A stretch of 63,997 nucleotides of DNA, counting the filler, from Stramenopiles sp. TOSAG23-3 (lineage: Eukaryota): assembly GCA_900128585.1 (NCBI GenBank). It is 20 parts of 20 records of this genome, joined end to end, with 100 filler letters (N's around TTAATTAATTAA, not from the genome) between each part and the next. Parts side by side here need not be neighbours in the genome. Positions count along the whole stretch, not along the records: positions 9,682 to 12,805 come from LT644404.1; positions 12,906 to 16,027 come from LT644405.1; positions 16,128 to 19,249 come from LT644406.1; positions 19,350 to 22,467 come from LT644407.1; 16 more parts are not named here. One strand, 5' to 3'. The first letter of the stretch is position 1, and every line of letters starts with the position of its first letter. This document shows, in pieces, positions 10,274-20,521 of this stretch. Under the pieces are notes generated by a model that was given only the letters and a program-made list of their open reading frames with translations, was not told the DNA's origin and did not search any database. The translations under genes and the position numbers were made by a program.

Positions 10274-12493
10274 ATGCCACCAAAAAAGAAGGCGAAAAGC
10301 ACCTCGGGTCGGTCAGGTCGGGTCCAGAAGAAAGAGCAGGCGCAACAGAAGAGTGCCGCTGCGTTTTTTGCGGACAACCAGGCAATCGCCGGGTTCGACA
10401 ACCCTGGGAAAGCGCTGTACACGACCATACGCGAGCTAGTGGAGAATAGTTTGGATGCCGCCGAAAGCATCCAAGTGCTCCCGTCCATCCAGCTCACCAT
10501 CACAGAGTTGACGCAAACTCAGTTCGACGGCATCCGTGGGTCGAAGAAGCGAGAGCGCGGCGATGGTTCCCTGTACGACGACCGCGAGGTGGACTCAAAG
10601 GGGCGCTTGGTAAAGATTAAGAAGAGCGCCGCGGGCGCGCCCGCCCCTGGCGCCGCCTCCCAGGAGCTTCCCCCGACCGCCGTCACGGGCATGCCCGCGC
10701 CTGGCGAAGGGAACGCCCCGGACATTGCCAAGCACGGCAGCGTTGGCGTTGCCCCGTCGCAGGAGGCTATGCAGCCGCCCGCAAAGAAAAAAAAGAAGAG
10801 GGGCGGGCCGAAACGGCTGGGGTTTTACAAGATTGTCTGCCGTGACAATGGCATGGGGATGCCCACCGACAAAGTCGGGGATATGCTTGGCCGCGTTCTG
10901 TCGGGGAGCAAGTACGGGCTGCGGCAGACGCGGGGGAAGTTTGGGCTCGGGGCGAAAATGGCCCTGATCTGGTCGAAGAAGAGCACGGGCCTTCCGATCC
11001 ACATTCGAACTGCGTACGGCATCGACGGCCGCGATGTGCCCGGGCCGACGGTGTCCAGCACGTCCCTGGACATTGATATTTTGAAAAACCAGCCGAACAT
11101 TTTGTCGCAAGAGGTCGTGGAGAATACCGAAAAGTGGCGCGGGACGGAGTTCACCGTTGTCATCGAGGGCAACTGGCAATGGTCGAAGTCGAAAGTGCAG
11201 CAGTACATGAGTTCCTTGGCCGTGGTGACGCCCTTTGCAGAATTCACCCTGACGTTCGACTCCGAAGAGTCCCCGGGGAAATCGTTTGAGCTGAAGTACG
11301 AGCGCCGGTCGGAGCGCATCCCGCCGCCAGCGCAGACCATCGAGTACCACCCGAAGTCGGTGAACCAGCTGACCGTCAAGCAGCTCATCGACGTCATGCC
11401 CCCCGCGACCCGCTTGTCGTCCTTTCTGAACAAAAAGTTCCAGTGCATCAGCACAAAGCTAGCCGCCAGGCTTGTCCAAGAGTTGGGCTATGACCCGAAG
11501 ATCAAGCTGAGGGACATCGGGGACGAGCAGCAGATACACAACATCACCCAGCTGTTGAGGCACGGAAAGTTCCCAGACCCAAGCGGCAAGTGCCTGTCGC
11601 CCGCCGGCGAGTACAACTTAAAGCTGGGGATTCTCAAAGAGTTCAACCCCGACGCGTGCGCGACGGGGCAATCGAAGGTTGAGGTGTTCGACGGGCACCC
11701 GTTCATTGTGGAGGCCGGGGTGTCCATTGGGGGCGCGACGAAGGAGGGCATTCAAGTCTACCGGTTTGCAAACCGAATCCCTCTCCTTTTCGAGCAAGGA
11801 AGCGACGTGGTGACTAAAGTGGCCAAGAAAGAAATTAACTGGACGTCGTACCATATAAACAAGAACAACGACAAAATTGGCGTCTTCGTGTCGATCGTAT
11901 CCACGAAAATCCCGTTCAAAGGGACGGGAAAAGAGTTTATTTCCGCCGACAACAAAATTTACTACACCGCAATCAAGAATGTCATCCGAAAGTGTTGCAA
12001 CGTTCTGAAGCACAGCCTGAAGAAGCGGAAAGCGAACAAGGCGAACGCGGAGCGCACGCGCGCCTTGGAACGCTACGTCCCGTCTGTCTGCCGCGCCATC
12101 GTATCAGTGTTGAAAGACATCAAAAAAGGCAAGAACGACGAGCAAAACCAGCTTCTGAAGGCTATTAAAAAGAAAGACATCTCAGAAACTGAACTCATAG
12201 CCAAGTTGAAGGAATCCATTCAAAAGCACGACGAAAACGAGTTGGCTCGAATGGCGGCCAAAGGGGGGTTGACCATCAAGAGCGACGATCGCATTGATTT
12301 GTTTTTGAAGCCCATCGACGCGAAGGACGCCAGTAATTTTGCCTTTGACTTGCACAATTCGTCGGGGTTTACGCCAAGCATTACATTTCGATTGTTGAAA
12401 GGGCTGATGAAGCAAGAGGAAGAAACAGTGGCCGGAGAGTGTGCAAAGACGGTAACTGCTGCGCCCGACGAGGGGGTCATCGACCTCAGCTAA
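10274..12493 (+). CDS. TOP6B: DNA topoisomerase VI subunit B (plant/algal type)
   Basis: GHKL motifs YTTIRELVENSLDAAE, DNGMGM and QTRGKFGLGAKMALIWSK, plus GTEF. Transducer motifs GHPFIVEAG, RFANRIPLLFEQG and STKIPFKGTGKE. Complete, no introns. Confidence 0.95.
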   Translation: MPPKKKAKSTSGRSGRVQKKEQAQQKSAAAFFADNQAIAGFDNPGKALYTTIRELVENSLDAAESIQVLPSIQLTITELTQTQFDGIRGSKKRERGDGSLYDDREVDSKGRLVKIKKSAAGAPAPGAASQELPPTAVTGMPAPGEGNAPDIAKHGSVGVAPSQEAMQPPAKKKKKRGGPKRLGFYKIVCRDNGMGMPTDKVGDMLGRVLSGSKYGLRQTRGKFGLGAKMALIWSKKSTGLPIHIRTAYGIDGRDVPGPTVSSTSLDIDILKNQPNILSQEVVENTEKWRGTEFTVVIEGNWQWSKSKVQQYMSSLAVVTPFAEFTLTFDSEESPGKSFELKYERRSERIPPPAQTIEYHPKSVNQLTVKQLIDVMPPATRLSSFLNKKFQCISTKLAARLVQELGYDPKIKLRDIGDEQQIHNITQLLRHGKFPDPSGKCLSPAGEYNLKLGILKEFNPDACATGQSKVEVFDGHPFIVEAGVSIGGATKEGIQVYRFANRIPLLFEQGSDVVTKVAKKEINWTSYHINKNNDKIGVFVSIVSTKIPFKGTGKEFISADNKIYYTAIKNVIRKCCNVLKHSLKKRKANKANAERTRALERYVPSVCRAIVSVLKDIKKGKNDEQNQLLKAIKKKDISETELIAKLKESIQKHDENELARMAAKGGLTIKSDDRIDLFLKPIDAKDASNFAFDLHNSSGFTPSITFRLLKGLMKQEEETVAGECAKTVTAAPDEGVIDLS

Positions 12494-12705
12494 GAGCACG
12501 CAAACCAAGGTTTTCAATTTCAAAACGGTGAACACTCGCTCTTAATAAAACTAAACGAAGTGTGGTTTTAAACCGAAATAGGCACAGTCACTCTCTCTCG
12601 TAAATTAAAAAAAGGCCGAAGAAAGGCATGTGAGTGCAGCCGCACGGACGACCTGTAGTTTTCACCTCAGAATTGACGATTGCCGACAGTACTTTTAAAT
12701 CAATC

Positions 12706-12805
12706 TAGAGTTCAGTTCGCAGTATGTTACATTAATTTTAATTAAAACAAGAAAATTGGCTGTTAATTATTAACACAAGAAAAATTGGCTGTTATTTTAT
12801 AGTAA
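12706..12805. repeat. Dispersed AT-rich 3'-intergenic element (rearranged copy with two core motifs)
   Basis: tagagttcagttcgcagta followed by two copies of acaagaaaa(a)ttggctgtta. The same motifs occur on other contigs. Confidence 0.8.
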
Positions 12806-12907
12806 NNNNNNNNNNNNNNNNNNNNNNNNNNNNNNNNNNNNNNNNNNNNTTAATTAATTAANNNNNNNNNNNNNNNNNNNNNNNNNNNNNNNNNNNNNNN
12901 NNNNNAA

Positions 12908-14107
12908 AACGATGTTCTTCAAGACGTTCTCTTGCAATATTGGCACGCAAACCACGAGTCCAAGTCCACACGAGCGTCTGCAGCGAACGGCGCAAAAGAG
13001 CAGCCAGCGCCGGTTGCGGCAGAAATGGAAGGCTTTCCAACCAGCAACGAGCACCATGATACTGTTTCATCAGGCTCTACCACGCACTACGAATCAAAAT
13101 ACGAAGAGCCGGCCCCGGAAGGGCAGGAAGAAGTGTCGTACCCAGACGCCAATGGGATTATGTACACTGCGGCGGAATGGGCAGAGTACAATGGGAATCA
13201 GGCGGAAGAAAATGTGGTGCACGGGTACGAAACGGACACGATCGGGACAGTCGTTGGTGTTGCGGGTGAAAATTATCAAGCGTACGAACCGGAGTCTTGG
13301 AGCGAACAGCATGGGCAAGAGAATGTTGAACACTGGGAGGAGGATGGGGTAGACGACAGTGTTGCTTACGAGAACCAAGGGGGTTACGCATCTGAATACT
13401 ACGATACTCCACTGTATGAGACGAAGGAAGCAGAATCAGGAACGGGGGAAGAGTTGCACCAGGAAGATTTGTCGTCCCAGTTTGCAAGTGTGGAAAGCGA
13501 GGCATTGGATTCGTTCAGCATTGAAGTTAACGGGGAAACATTCCACATGAACGACGAGTGGAGAGAGTGGTCGGAGCGGCAGCATGAGCACCAGCCGCAG
13601 TACTCGGTCAAGGAATGGTTTGAATGGGGCGCCCAACATTACTATTTTGGTGAGGCCGAGGAAGCCGAGGACTTGAACAATTCGGATCATCAATGGGAAC
13701 AGGAGGACGTAGAAGAAAGTAATAGCGACGAAAAGGCAATAGGAAACTTGTTTAGTCTTTGTCGAAATGGTAGGTTTGGAAAAGTGAAGGACAGCATTTT
13801 GCGGGGATACATCGAAGTTAACGCTCGGGATAGCTCCAGGTCCACGCTTTTAATAGTTGCCGCCCAGAGCAACAATCGCAAAGCCGTCAAATTTCTTTTA
13901 AAATCAGAGGCAGACCCCAACTTGCTGGACAGCAAAGGGAAAAATGCCCTGTATTATGCTTTGAAATTCGGATACCGCTCCATATCGAAGTTGTTAATAG
14001 ATGCAGGCTCAGACGCGACCGTGGACATGAAGCCTCGCCCACGGGTCGTGGACAGGCTACTGCCACCACACTTGCGGGGTTCAAAATTGAAATTTCGCAA
14101 GAAGTAA
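12908..14107 (+). CDS. 5'-partial acidic protein with C-terminal ankyrin repeats
   Basis: Ankyrin consensus segments VNARDSSRSTLLIVAAQSNNRKAVKFLLKSEADPNLLDSKGKNALYYALKFGYRSISKLLIDAGSD. N-terminal part is E/Y/W-rich. Confidence 0.8.
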   Translation, partial: NDVLQDVLLQYWHANHESKSTRASAANGAKEQPAPVAAEMEGFPTSNEHHDTVSSGSTTHYESKYEEPAPEGQEEVSYPDANGIMYTAAEWAEYNGNQAEENVVHGYETDTIGTVVGVAGENYQAYEPESWSEQHGQENVEHWEEDGVDDSVAYENQGGYASEYYDTPLYETKEAESGTGEELHQEDLSSQFASVESEALDSFSIEVNGETFHMNDEWREWSERQHEHQPQYSVKEWFEWGAQHYYFGEAEEAEDLNNSDHQWEQEDVEESNSDEKAIGNLFSLCRNGRFGKVKDSILRGYIEVNARDSSRSTLLIVAAQSNNRKAVKFLLKSEADPNLLDSKGKNALYYALKFGYRSISKLLIDAGSDATVDMKPRPRVVDRLLPPHLRGSKLKFRKK

Positions 14108-14877
14108 AAATGGTGGCGAAATTTCAACACGAGAGAGTTAATGTAAAATATTTATTACTCACACTTGCACCGTGTTAATTTTGTAAACTAATAAAAATCA
14201 GAAACATAAAAATTATATGTGCTGAGTATATTTTACATCTTTCGTACCTCAGATTTAAAACGTACCATCGTCGCACACTTCTCGGATGAAGAAAAGGATA
14301 TTTTCTTGTTGAAGAAAAAAAAGGATAACATATTAGACATACCGGTACTATGAGATGTTATATAATTTAATAATAAAATATTATTATTAAGAGCCAATTT
14401 TCTTACTCCTGTTGAAGCTCCTAGCTCCTAGCTTTTGATATAAATAATAAATTTAATAAAAAATGATGGATGATGCAATTCAACTCTCGTTTTACTGCTA
14501 TGGTGCTGTATTTATATTATAATTGTTTGAAAAGAGAATGGACGGCTCTTCTGTTAGGAAAAGAAGAAGACGAAAAAAAAATAACGATCTTCTCATCCAT
14601 CACATCCATCACATCAACAACAAGCTATTATTTATTTAGAGGGGTAGGCATATAATAGCAGGAGATATATAATAATATAATTAAATAAAAATAATAATTC
14701 TCTTCTCTTTTTCTTCTTCTTCTTCAAAAAAAATTAGTAGCAATGAAACTTTGTTTGTTCGTTTGCAACAAAAAAGGTTTAATTTTGGAACAGTTTGAGG
14801 GATTTGTTTGATTTAGTTTCGTTTTTTAAAGCCTTTACACAGTCGTGCAACCCTGCCCACGTGAACCATTAGGATCG

Positions 14878-15777
14878 ATGGCAAACGTTGTGAACAAAGC
14901 CGCTACCGCTGAGAACAGCACGGCCGGAGAAAAACAAGTATGGTTGTTGACTTTCCCAGGGCTTACGGCAGCCTTGTCTGTAAGTTGCATTGGCTGCTTT
15001 CTAGCTTCAATTCTGATACCCAATATAATAGCCGCTTGCGTGTTTGGAGGATTTGGATGGTTTATCTTCTTCGATTTAGTGCTTCGTGTGACGTACACGT
15101 ATGGAGGAGAATTTACCCAAACGGTGCCAGAGGGAGAAACTGTACCACGTTGCTTTGGCGTCGTTTCGCTGACGTACCAATTTATTATTTTGCCGATACT
15201 ATTCGCAGCCGTCCTAATATTAAAATGGAGCGATTGGGACAATTTTTACTCCGGTAAGACGGACGGGCTGAATGATCTGGTCCCTATGCACATTATGTTG
15301 GCGTTGATCGGATACGAAGCCAAAGATTTTTTGCCCCAACGCGGGCTGAACTTGGTGTTTGCGTTCCACCACTTCGTCGTATTTCTGGGGTCGTACATTA
15401 CTTTGACTTCCAACGTTGGCCTCGGGGTACTGATATGCGTAGGAGTTTCAGCAGAGATAGGCAGCGGTTTTTACAACATGGACTGCCTATTTCCTAACCG
15501 TGTCCATTTCCGAGTGCTTTATCAAATTTTGATGACGGCGTCCAACACTTTCTGCACTATCTTTATGGTCCACTACTTTCAGTTGAAAGGCAACCCAGAG
15601 AGCTACCGCATAATTTACATGGTATGCACTATAGCACTCGTCCTACTACGATCTGTAGGACAGTGCCTGGAATTAAAAAAGTATTTCGAGAAGCCCAATG
15701 AAAAGAAGGGTGAGGCAGAAGCGGAAGGCGTTGCGGACATTGAAAACCCGGTTGGAAAGCGGCCGTCCTCGACGTAG
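14878..15777 (+). CDS. TLC-domain (TRAM/LAG1/CLN8)-like multi-pass membrane protein
   Basis: 7-8 hydrophobic helices with TLC-type motifs GYEAKD, FHHFVV and AEIGSGFYN. ATG at 14878. Confidence 0.65.
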   Translation: MANVVNKAATAENSTAGEKQVWLLTFPGLTAALSVSCIGCFLASILIPNIIAACVFGGFGWFIFFDLVLRVTYTYGGEFTQTVPEGETVPRCFGVVSLTYQFIILPILFAAVLILKWSDWDNFYSGKTDGLNDLVPMHIMLALIGYEAKDFLPQRGLNLVFAFHHFVVFLGSYITLTSNVGLGVLICVGVSAEIGSGFYNMDCLFPNRVHFRVLYQILMTASNTFCTIFMVHYFQLKGNPESYRIIYMVCTIALVLLRSVGQCLELKKYFEKPNEKKGEAEAEGVADIENPVGKRPSST

Positions 15778-15905
15778 GTGACAGCCACATACTGTTCTCA
15801 ACGTAGTCCAGAGCAGGGGGGGTAGCTATTCAAAAACACTCCCGTTCAGTAGGAGAAATACCTACTGACTTAGGCACGTATGAAACAGGGCCAATATTTG
15901 TTTTT

Positions 15906-16025
15906 AAATAAGAAAATTGGCTGTTATTTAAGTAATTATATAAAAAAAAAAACAAAATATATAGTATGTTTTAAGACTCTCATTTTAAATCAAATACTAA
16001 CTTCAAATCCAACCCTAATCCTATC
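15906..16025 (+). repeat. Dispersed 3'-intergenic element plus second shared motif and CCCTAA-like end
   Basis: aagaaaattggctgttatttaagtaatt at ~15910-15937. ttttaagactctcattt...tccaac is shared with 29221-29272. Ends in accctaatccta. Confidence 0.75.
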
Positions 16026-16502
16026 TCNNNNNNNNNNNNNNNNNNNNNNNNNNNNNNNNNNNNNNNNNNNNTTAATTAATTAANNNNNNNNNNNNNNNNN
16101 NNNNNNNNNNNNNNNNNNNNNNNNNNNCCTAGAATATGGTCCCTACTAATAGCACGTCTACACAATGGGCAGTGCTGGTTGATGGCAACCCATTTTAATC
16201 CGCACTGCACATGAAATCTATGGTTGCACTCCAATATATATATACAGGTTTCTATACATGGGTTAGGGTTAGCTAATTTTCAGTGTATCATAAAATGGAT
16301 TAAAAAAAAAAACCTGAAGACTTAATTCAGTTTATCTAAAAATTACATGCTTCGTAATTCTTAAAAAGTAAAAATACAATATACCCTTACGAATAAATTA
16401 GTTCCCTTGTTCTGGACCATATCTTGACCCCCTAGTAGCGGCAAAACTAGATCCCCGGCGCTCAATTATTAGATTTCTCCACGATCGACCAGACGACATT
16501 TT

Positions 16503-18425
16503 TCAATCCAATTTTTTCTTTTTTAATTGCGCCAAGTGCTTCTCTAAAAATGCTATATCATCAATCAGATTGCGCTTAAAAACGACCAGGTCGACAAAAC
16601 CGTACCCGAGTATCGAAAATGCAGCTAACATTCCTGCCTGCAGTGCACCGGCATACCCTGAAGTGATAATATCTTGGCCGGAGAGGTACAAACCAGGGAT
16701 ACCACTTTCAGGTCGAAGGCCACGCGCTGCATCGTTGTTGTCATACCTCGAAGGGAGGGCTGCAAGGCCATAAGAGGCTGCGCGGCCATAATAGTACCGT
16801 TGCGTCAGAGGGCTTCCAGTTTCGACAAAATCGATCTTTCCTTTTATTTGTGGGTAGTGACGGCACATCGACGAAACCAACTTCTCCTGAAACTTTGTCT
16901 TGCATGCCTTGTATTCTTCAATGCCTTCGCATCGTCGCTTTTCACTTTGACCGCCAGTTAGCACCTGCGACTTATCCTGCCACTTTGCAAAGTGACTTTC
17001 CTCGGCTTCCGTAATTACGCAAGCGACGCTTTTCCCAGGGCAACGATCGTTGTACGATGGGTCCTTTGCAGAGGGGAAGCCAGCAAAGAAAAATATGTCG
17101 TTCTCGCCACCCCCGCACCCGGCCTTTGATGATTCCTGAAACTCGTAGCCGCTTGCATGAAAGTTGTGGACCGTTTTGTTCAAGTCATAATCTGGGCCGC
17201 ATGGAAGCCGCCAAAGATTGTGCGCCGGCAGCTTCAGCTCATCTTGAGAACCGGACAACCCTATGAACGTGGTCACATGGCTGACGCCACTGCCAACTGT
17301 TTCGTTAATTTTTGCAACATTTGCCCTTTCGCATTCCTGTTTCGTTAGTAAGCGGCTCAACACCTCTGTTCCAGCTGCACATACTACTGTTTTCTGTGCT
17401 TCAATCACAGTCCCATCTGCCATTTCAACACCCCTTGCCCGGCCACCGTCTGGGTCGACAAATATTTTTTTCACTTGAGCTCTGACTAAACACCGACCTC
17501 CTGCTGCCTCAATGGTGGGAACTAACGCCTCCGCAATCTTTGCTGGTCCACCAACAGGGTACCATCCACCATTTTCCAAATAATGCGCGAGGACTCCCGC
17601 ATGAATAAAAAAAGAAGCCTTATCTGGTGCTAGGCCATGGTCTCCAAACTGAGCAGACAGGTACGCTTGCAATCGTTTGTTTTTAGTGACCCCGTCCAAC
17701 ACTTCTTGCAGCGTTTTTGAACTGAGCCTTGTGAACTTGGTGGCTAGGTATTGGTCACTGAAGCGCTGCAGCCAAGGCGGAAACAGTTTGCCGAAAAAGA
17801 AACTGTCCGCGTCCTTGTTGACCTTCTCGCATAGATCGACGAATTCTATTATTGCTGCCCGCTCGTCTGGGAATATTTTTGACAGGCACTTGATGTAATT
17901 TTCTCGCCCCGCCGGGTACGATACATACGGGTCATTGCCAATCTTCACCTTGTCGTAAACAAAACCATCGCTTTTGCTCCCCAGCTGGGACCACTTCACT
18001 TTTTTGTCCCCAGAGACCAGGTCCAACAAATAGCCATACTTTTCTACTTTCGATACGTAATGGATCCCAGTGTCAAATGTGTAGCCGTGGTCTGTGAACT
18101 CGTGCATGCAACCCCCCAAAACATAATGCTGTTCCAGCACGACTACTTTTCTTCCCGTCTTTGCGAGCGCGGCGGCGGCGTACAGGCCTCCAATACCACT
18201 CCCTATTATTATGTCGTCAATATCGCCCGGCAATTTTCGTTCTTTGAATGCGTCCTTAATAAGCAGGTTTGGGCTGCGCTTTTTAACATCTTCCATACGC
18301 AGATCTTGGCCCAGCTTTGACGGGTCCCACCCACGGGGCAGCGTTTCTTTTCGCCGTCCCCTCCGGTACCACACGTACAGCAAAAGCAGGGCAAAGAAAG
18401 CAAGCGGGAGAATGAGAAGAAACAT
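16503..18425 (-). CDS. RETSAT: All-trans-retinol 13,14-reductase (RETSAT)-like FAD oxidoreductase, phytoene desaturase family
   Basis: N-terminal anchor, IIIGSGIGGL dinucleotide motif, VLEQHYVLGGCMH, FDTGIHY, YPVGG, GSPLT, LYLSGQD. Confidence 0.85.
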   Translation of the reverse strand: MFLLILPLAFFALLLLYVWYRRGRRKETLPRGWDPSKLGQDLRMEDVKKRSPNLLIKDAFKERKLPGDIDDIIIGSGIGGLYAAAALAKTGRKVVVLEQHYVLGGCMHEFTDHGYTFDTGIHYVSKVEKYGYLLDLVSGDKKVKWSQLGSKSDGFVYDKVKIGNDPYVSYPAGRENYIKCLSKIFPDERAAIIEFVDLCEKVNKDADSFFFGKLFPPWLQRFSDQYLATKFTRLSSKTLQEVLDGVTKNKRLQAYLSAQFGDHGLAPDKASFFIHAGVLAHYLENGGWYPVGGPAKIAEALVPTIEAAGGRCLVRAQVKKIFVDPDGGRARGVEMADGTVIEAQKTVVCAAGTEVLSRLLTKQECERANVAKINETVGSGVSHVTTFIGLSGSQDELKLPAHNLWRLPCGPDYDLNKTVHNFHASGYEFQESSKAGCGGGENDIFFFAGFPSAKDPSYNDRCPGKSVACVITEAEESHFAKWQDKSQVLTGGQSEKRRCEGIEEYKACKTKFQEKLVSSMCRHYPQIKGKIDFVETGSPLTQRYYYGRAASYGLAALPSRYDNNDAARGLRPESGIPGLYLSGQDIITSGYAGALQAGMLAAFSILGYGFVDLVVFKRNLIDDIAFLEKHLAQLKKKKLD

Positions 18426-19078
18426 CGGGTGGATGAATGTGGTTCTTATAATAGATACTATTCTGAATATAAGAAGGTTTCATAAAAGACTATAAATAAA
18501 ATAAATTTTCTTTCTTTTTGCATAGCATAAACCATTCAATAAACAGTTACGGGTTCCTCGTCCAAAAAGTCCAAATATAATAATAATAATTCAATAATTA
18601 TTATTCTCCATTGTGTTGTATTAATACCTACATGGTACCAGCAGGTATTATTATTATACCGTAATATTATAAATATTATTTTTTTTAATTAAATTATTTT
18701 TTTTAAAAAACTTTTTTTTTTTTACAATATAAATAATAAAAAAAAAGATTCGCGCTGCCAGCACTCCTCTCCTCCTCCTCCCCCCTCGCGAAGATTGAGA
18801 TGATGATTATTTTATTATTATTATTATTATTATTTTTTATTATAATATTATTTTTTTTGATTATTATTAATATTGTTGTTGTTGTTGATGATGATGATGA
18901 GTCTTCTTCTTCTCTGTGCGTATTTTCTAGACGACTATTAATTTTGATTTGCATTTGTTTATGTATAGTTTGATAAAGATAACAAAATGTGTTAAGAATA
19001 TAATTTTTGAAGACTTAGGTAATTAATATTTATCTATGTTGGTATAAGTGTTAAAATTTTAGTCGTTAGTTTTTTTAT

Positions 19079-19249
19079 ATGCCTCGAAAAAAAAGTAAGG
19101 GGAAGAAGAAGCGAGAGGCTGCGGAACGTTTGAAGGCGAAAGGGAACTTATCCCAAACCAGTCCGACCCCGAAAGGAAAGGACAAAACATTTGGGGTTTT
19201 ACAGAAATTTGTGGGAGAAATTGGTAACTGGAAGAATGCAGAGAGAGAG
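19079..19249 (+). CDS. 3'-truncated start of a Lys-rich protein
   Basis: ATG follows AT-rich intergenic DNA; frame is open to the linker. Confidence 0.45.
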
Positions 19250-19687
19250 NNNNNNNNNNNNNNNNNNNNNNNNNNNNNNNNNNNNNNNNNNNNTTAATTA
19301 ATTAANNNNNNNNNNNNNNNNNNNNNNNNNNNNNNNNNNNNNNNNNNNNGTTCCGTCGTACTACATACAGTATAATTAATAATAAAAAATAAAGTTTGAT
19401 AAAAAAATAATATCTTCAGGAGAGGAGGATAATCTTACTACCGTCCTACCCTCTTCTCCTAATTTAAACCCTCTCCTCCTACCCTCCACCCTCCACTATC
19501 TCATTAGTTCTCTAATCATCCCATCTCAACTCATCTCTCCTCCCACATCCCCACATCTTAAATCTTTCTTCTTGGAGACGAAATAAGATAAAATCTGTAG
19601 TCCTCGTTACGTTTTAAATACCTCTGCTGTTGAACTGAGACTGAGACGCTCGATTTTCTTCCATTTTCGTTCATATGGTGAGACCAC

Positions 19688-20521
19688 TCAGACTTTTCCA
19701 TTATCCTCGTCCATTTGTACGTACGACAACTGGCGTTCTTCGCTTTTGGAATATGACGACGATTCGAGACCGCTACTGGTAGTATTCAAAACCATGTCTG
19801 CAAAAACTGCCGACCCAAACGTGAGTTGTTCCCAAAAGTTGCTCGCGTAACACTCATAGTACGGACCAAGCGCTTGTTGAAGCGCTTGCCCTGGTAGGCA
19901 CAGAAAGTTCGCTATCAGAAATATTAAGTGCCATTGGCTGTCTCCTTGGCATCCGTACTTGTATATCATAACTATCCCGGAACCTACCATTAGAAATTGG
20001 TACGCGAAGACGCTGACTAGCGAAAAATTGACCGATCCCTTCGGGACCGAGAGCTTAAAAGTGCGGTCTACTTCTGTACACTCCGTCTTTACGTACATGG
20101 GGTTTGGCTGTGCCTTTAGATAGTTGAAACCCGCAAACACAAACAAAATTACAAAGAATCCCACGGCGATGCGTGGGACCAAACGTTTCCATCGGTCCGT
20201 TGTAACAAGCTTTTGTATGAAGCAAAATGGAGTAAATACGCAGAAGGCTGTCAGCCACTGGTGGTTGATCACGCAGTACCATGACACAATGAAATTTAAT
20301 GTTGTGTCTGTTTGGTCGACGGACTGATAAAGATTGCCGAAAACGGCACGGGCATTGTCAAGCGTCGTCCCAATTGTCATAACAAGTATACCAAGCCGAC
20401 AGAGCACAGCCATGGCGTCATTGTCCCATTGTTGCTTCAAATTGTCCAGTCGCTTCAGTATGATCACACTAAATATGACAGCAATAATGGTATACAACGT
20501 GTAAATAACTGATGTTAGCAT
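19688..20521 (-). CDS. 277-aa membrane protein (about 6-7 TM) of unknown function
   Basis: Complete ORF in an AT-rich background with multiple hydrophobic helices and a hydrophilic C-tail. Confidence 0.75.
   Translation of the reverse strand: MLTSVIYTLYTIIAVIFSVIILKRLDNLKQQWDNDAMAVLCRLGILVMTIGTTLDNARAVFGNLYQSVDQTDTTLNFIVSWYCVINHQWLTAFCVFTPFCFIQKLVTTDRWKRLVPRIAVGFFVILFVFAGFNYLKAQPNPMYVKTECTEVDRTFKLSVPKGSVNFSLVSVFAYQFLMVGSGIVMIYKYGCQGDSQWHLIFLIANFLCLPGQALQQALGPYYECYASNFWEQLTFGSAVFADMVLNTTSSGLESSSYSKSEERQLSYVQMDEDNGKV

Noticed and set aside
9630..10503. Several K/E/R-rich and F/S/L-rich ORFs
   Set aside because: They are translations of the CTT-type microsatellite.
10274..12493. Archaeal contamination or giant-virus origin of TOP6B and other intronless genes
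   Set aside because: The plant/algal-type motif GLGAKMALIWSK and the host dispersed element on the same contig support nuclear origin; no viral hallmark genes were seen.
15846..15868. 8-bp hairpin in the 3' region of the TLC-like gene (terminator or SECIS?)
   Set aside because: No U-tract, no SECIS core and no in-frame TGA upstream; eukaryotic context.
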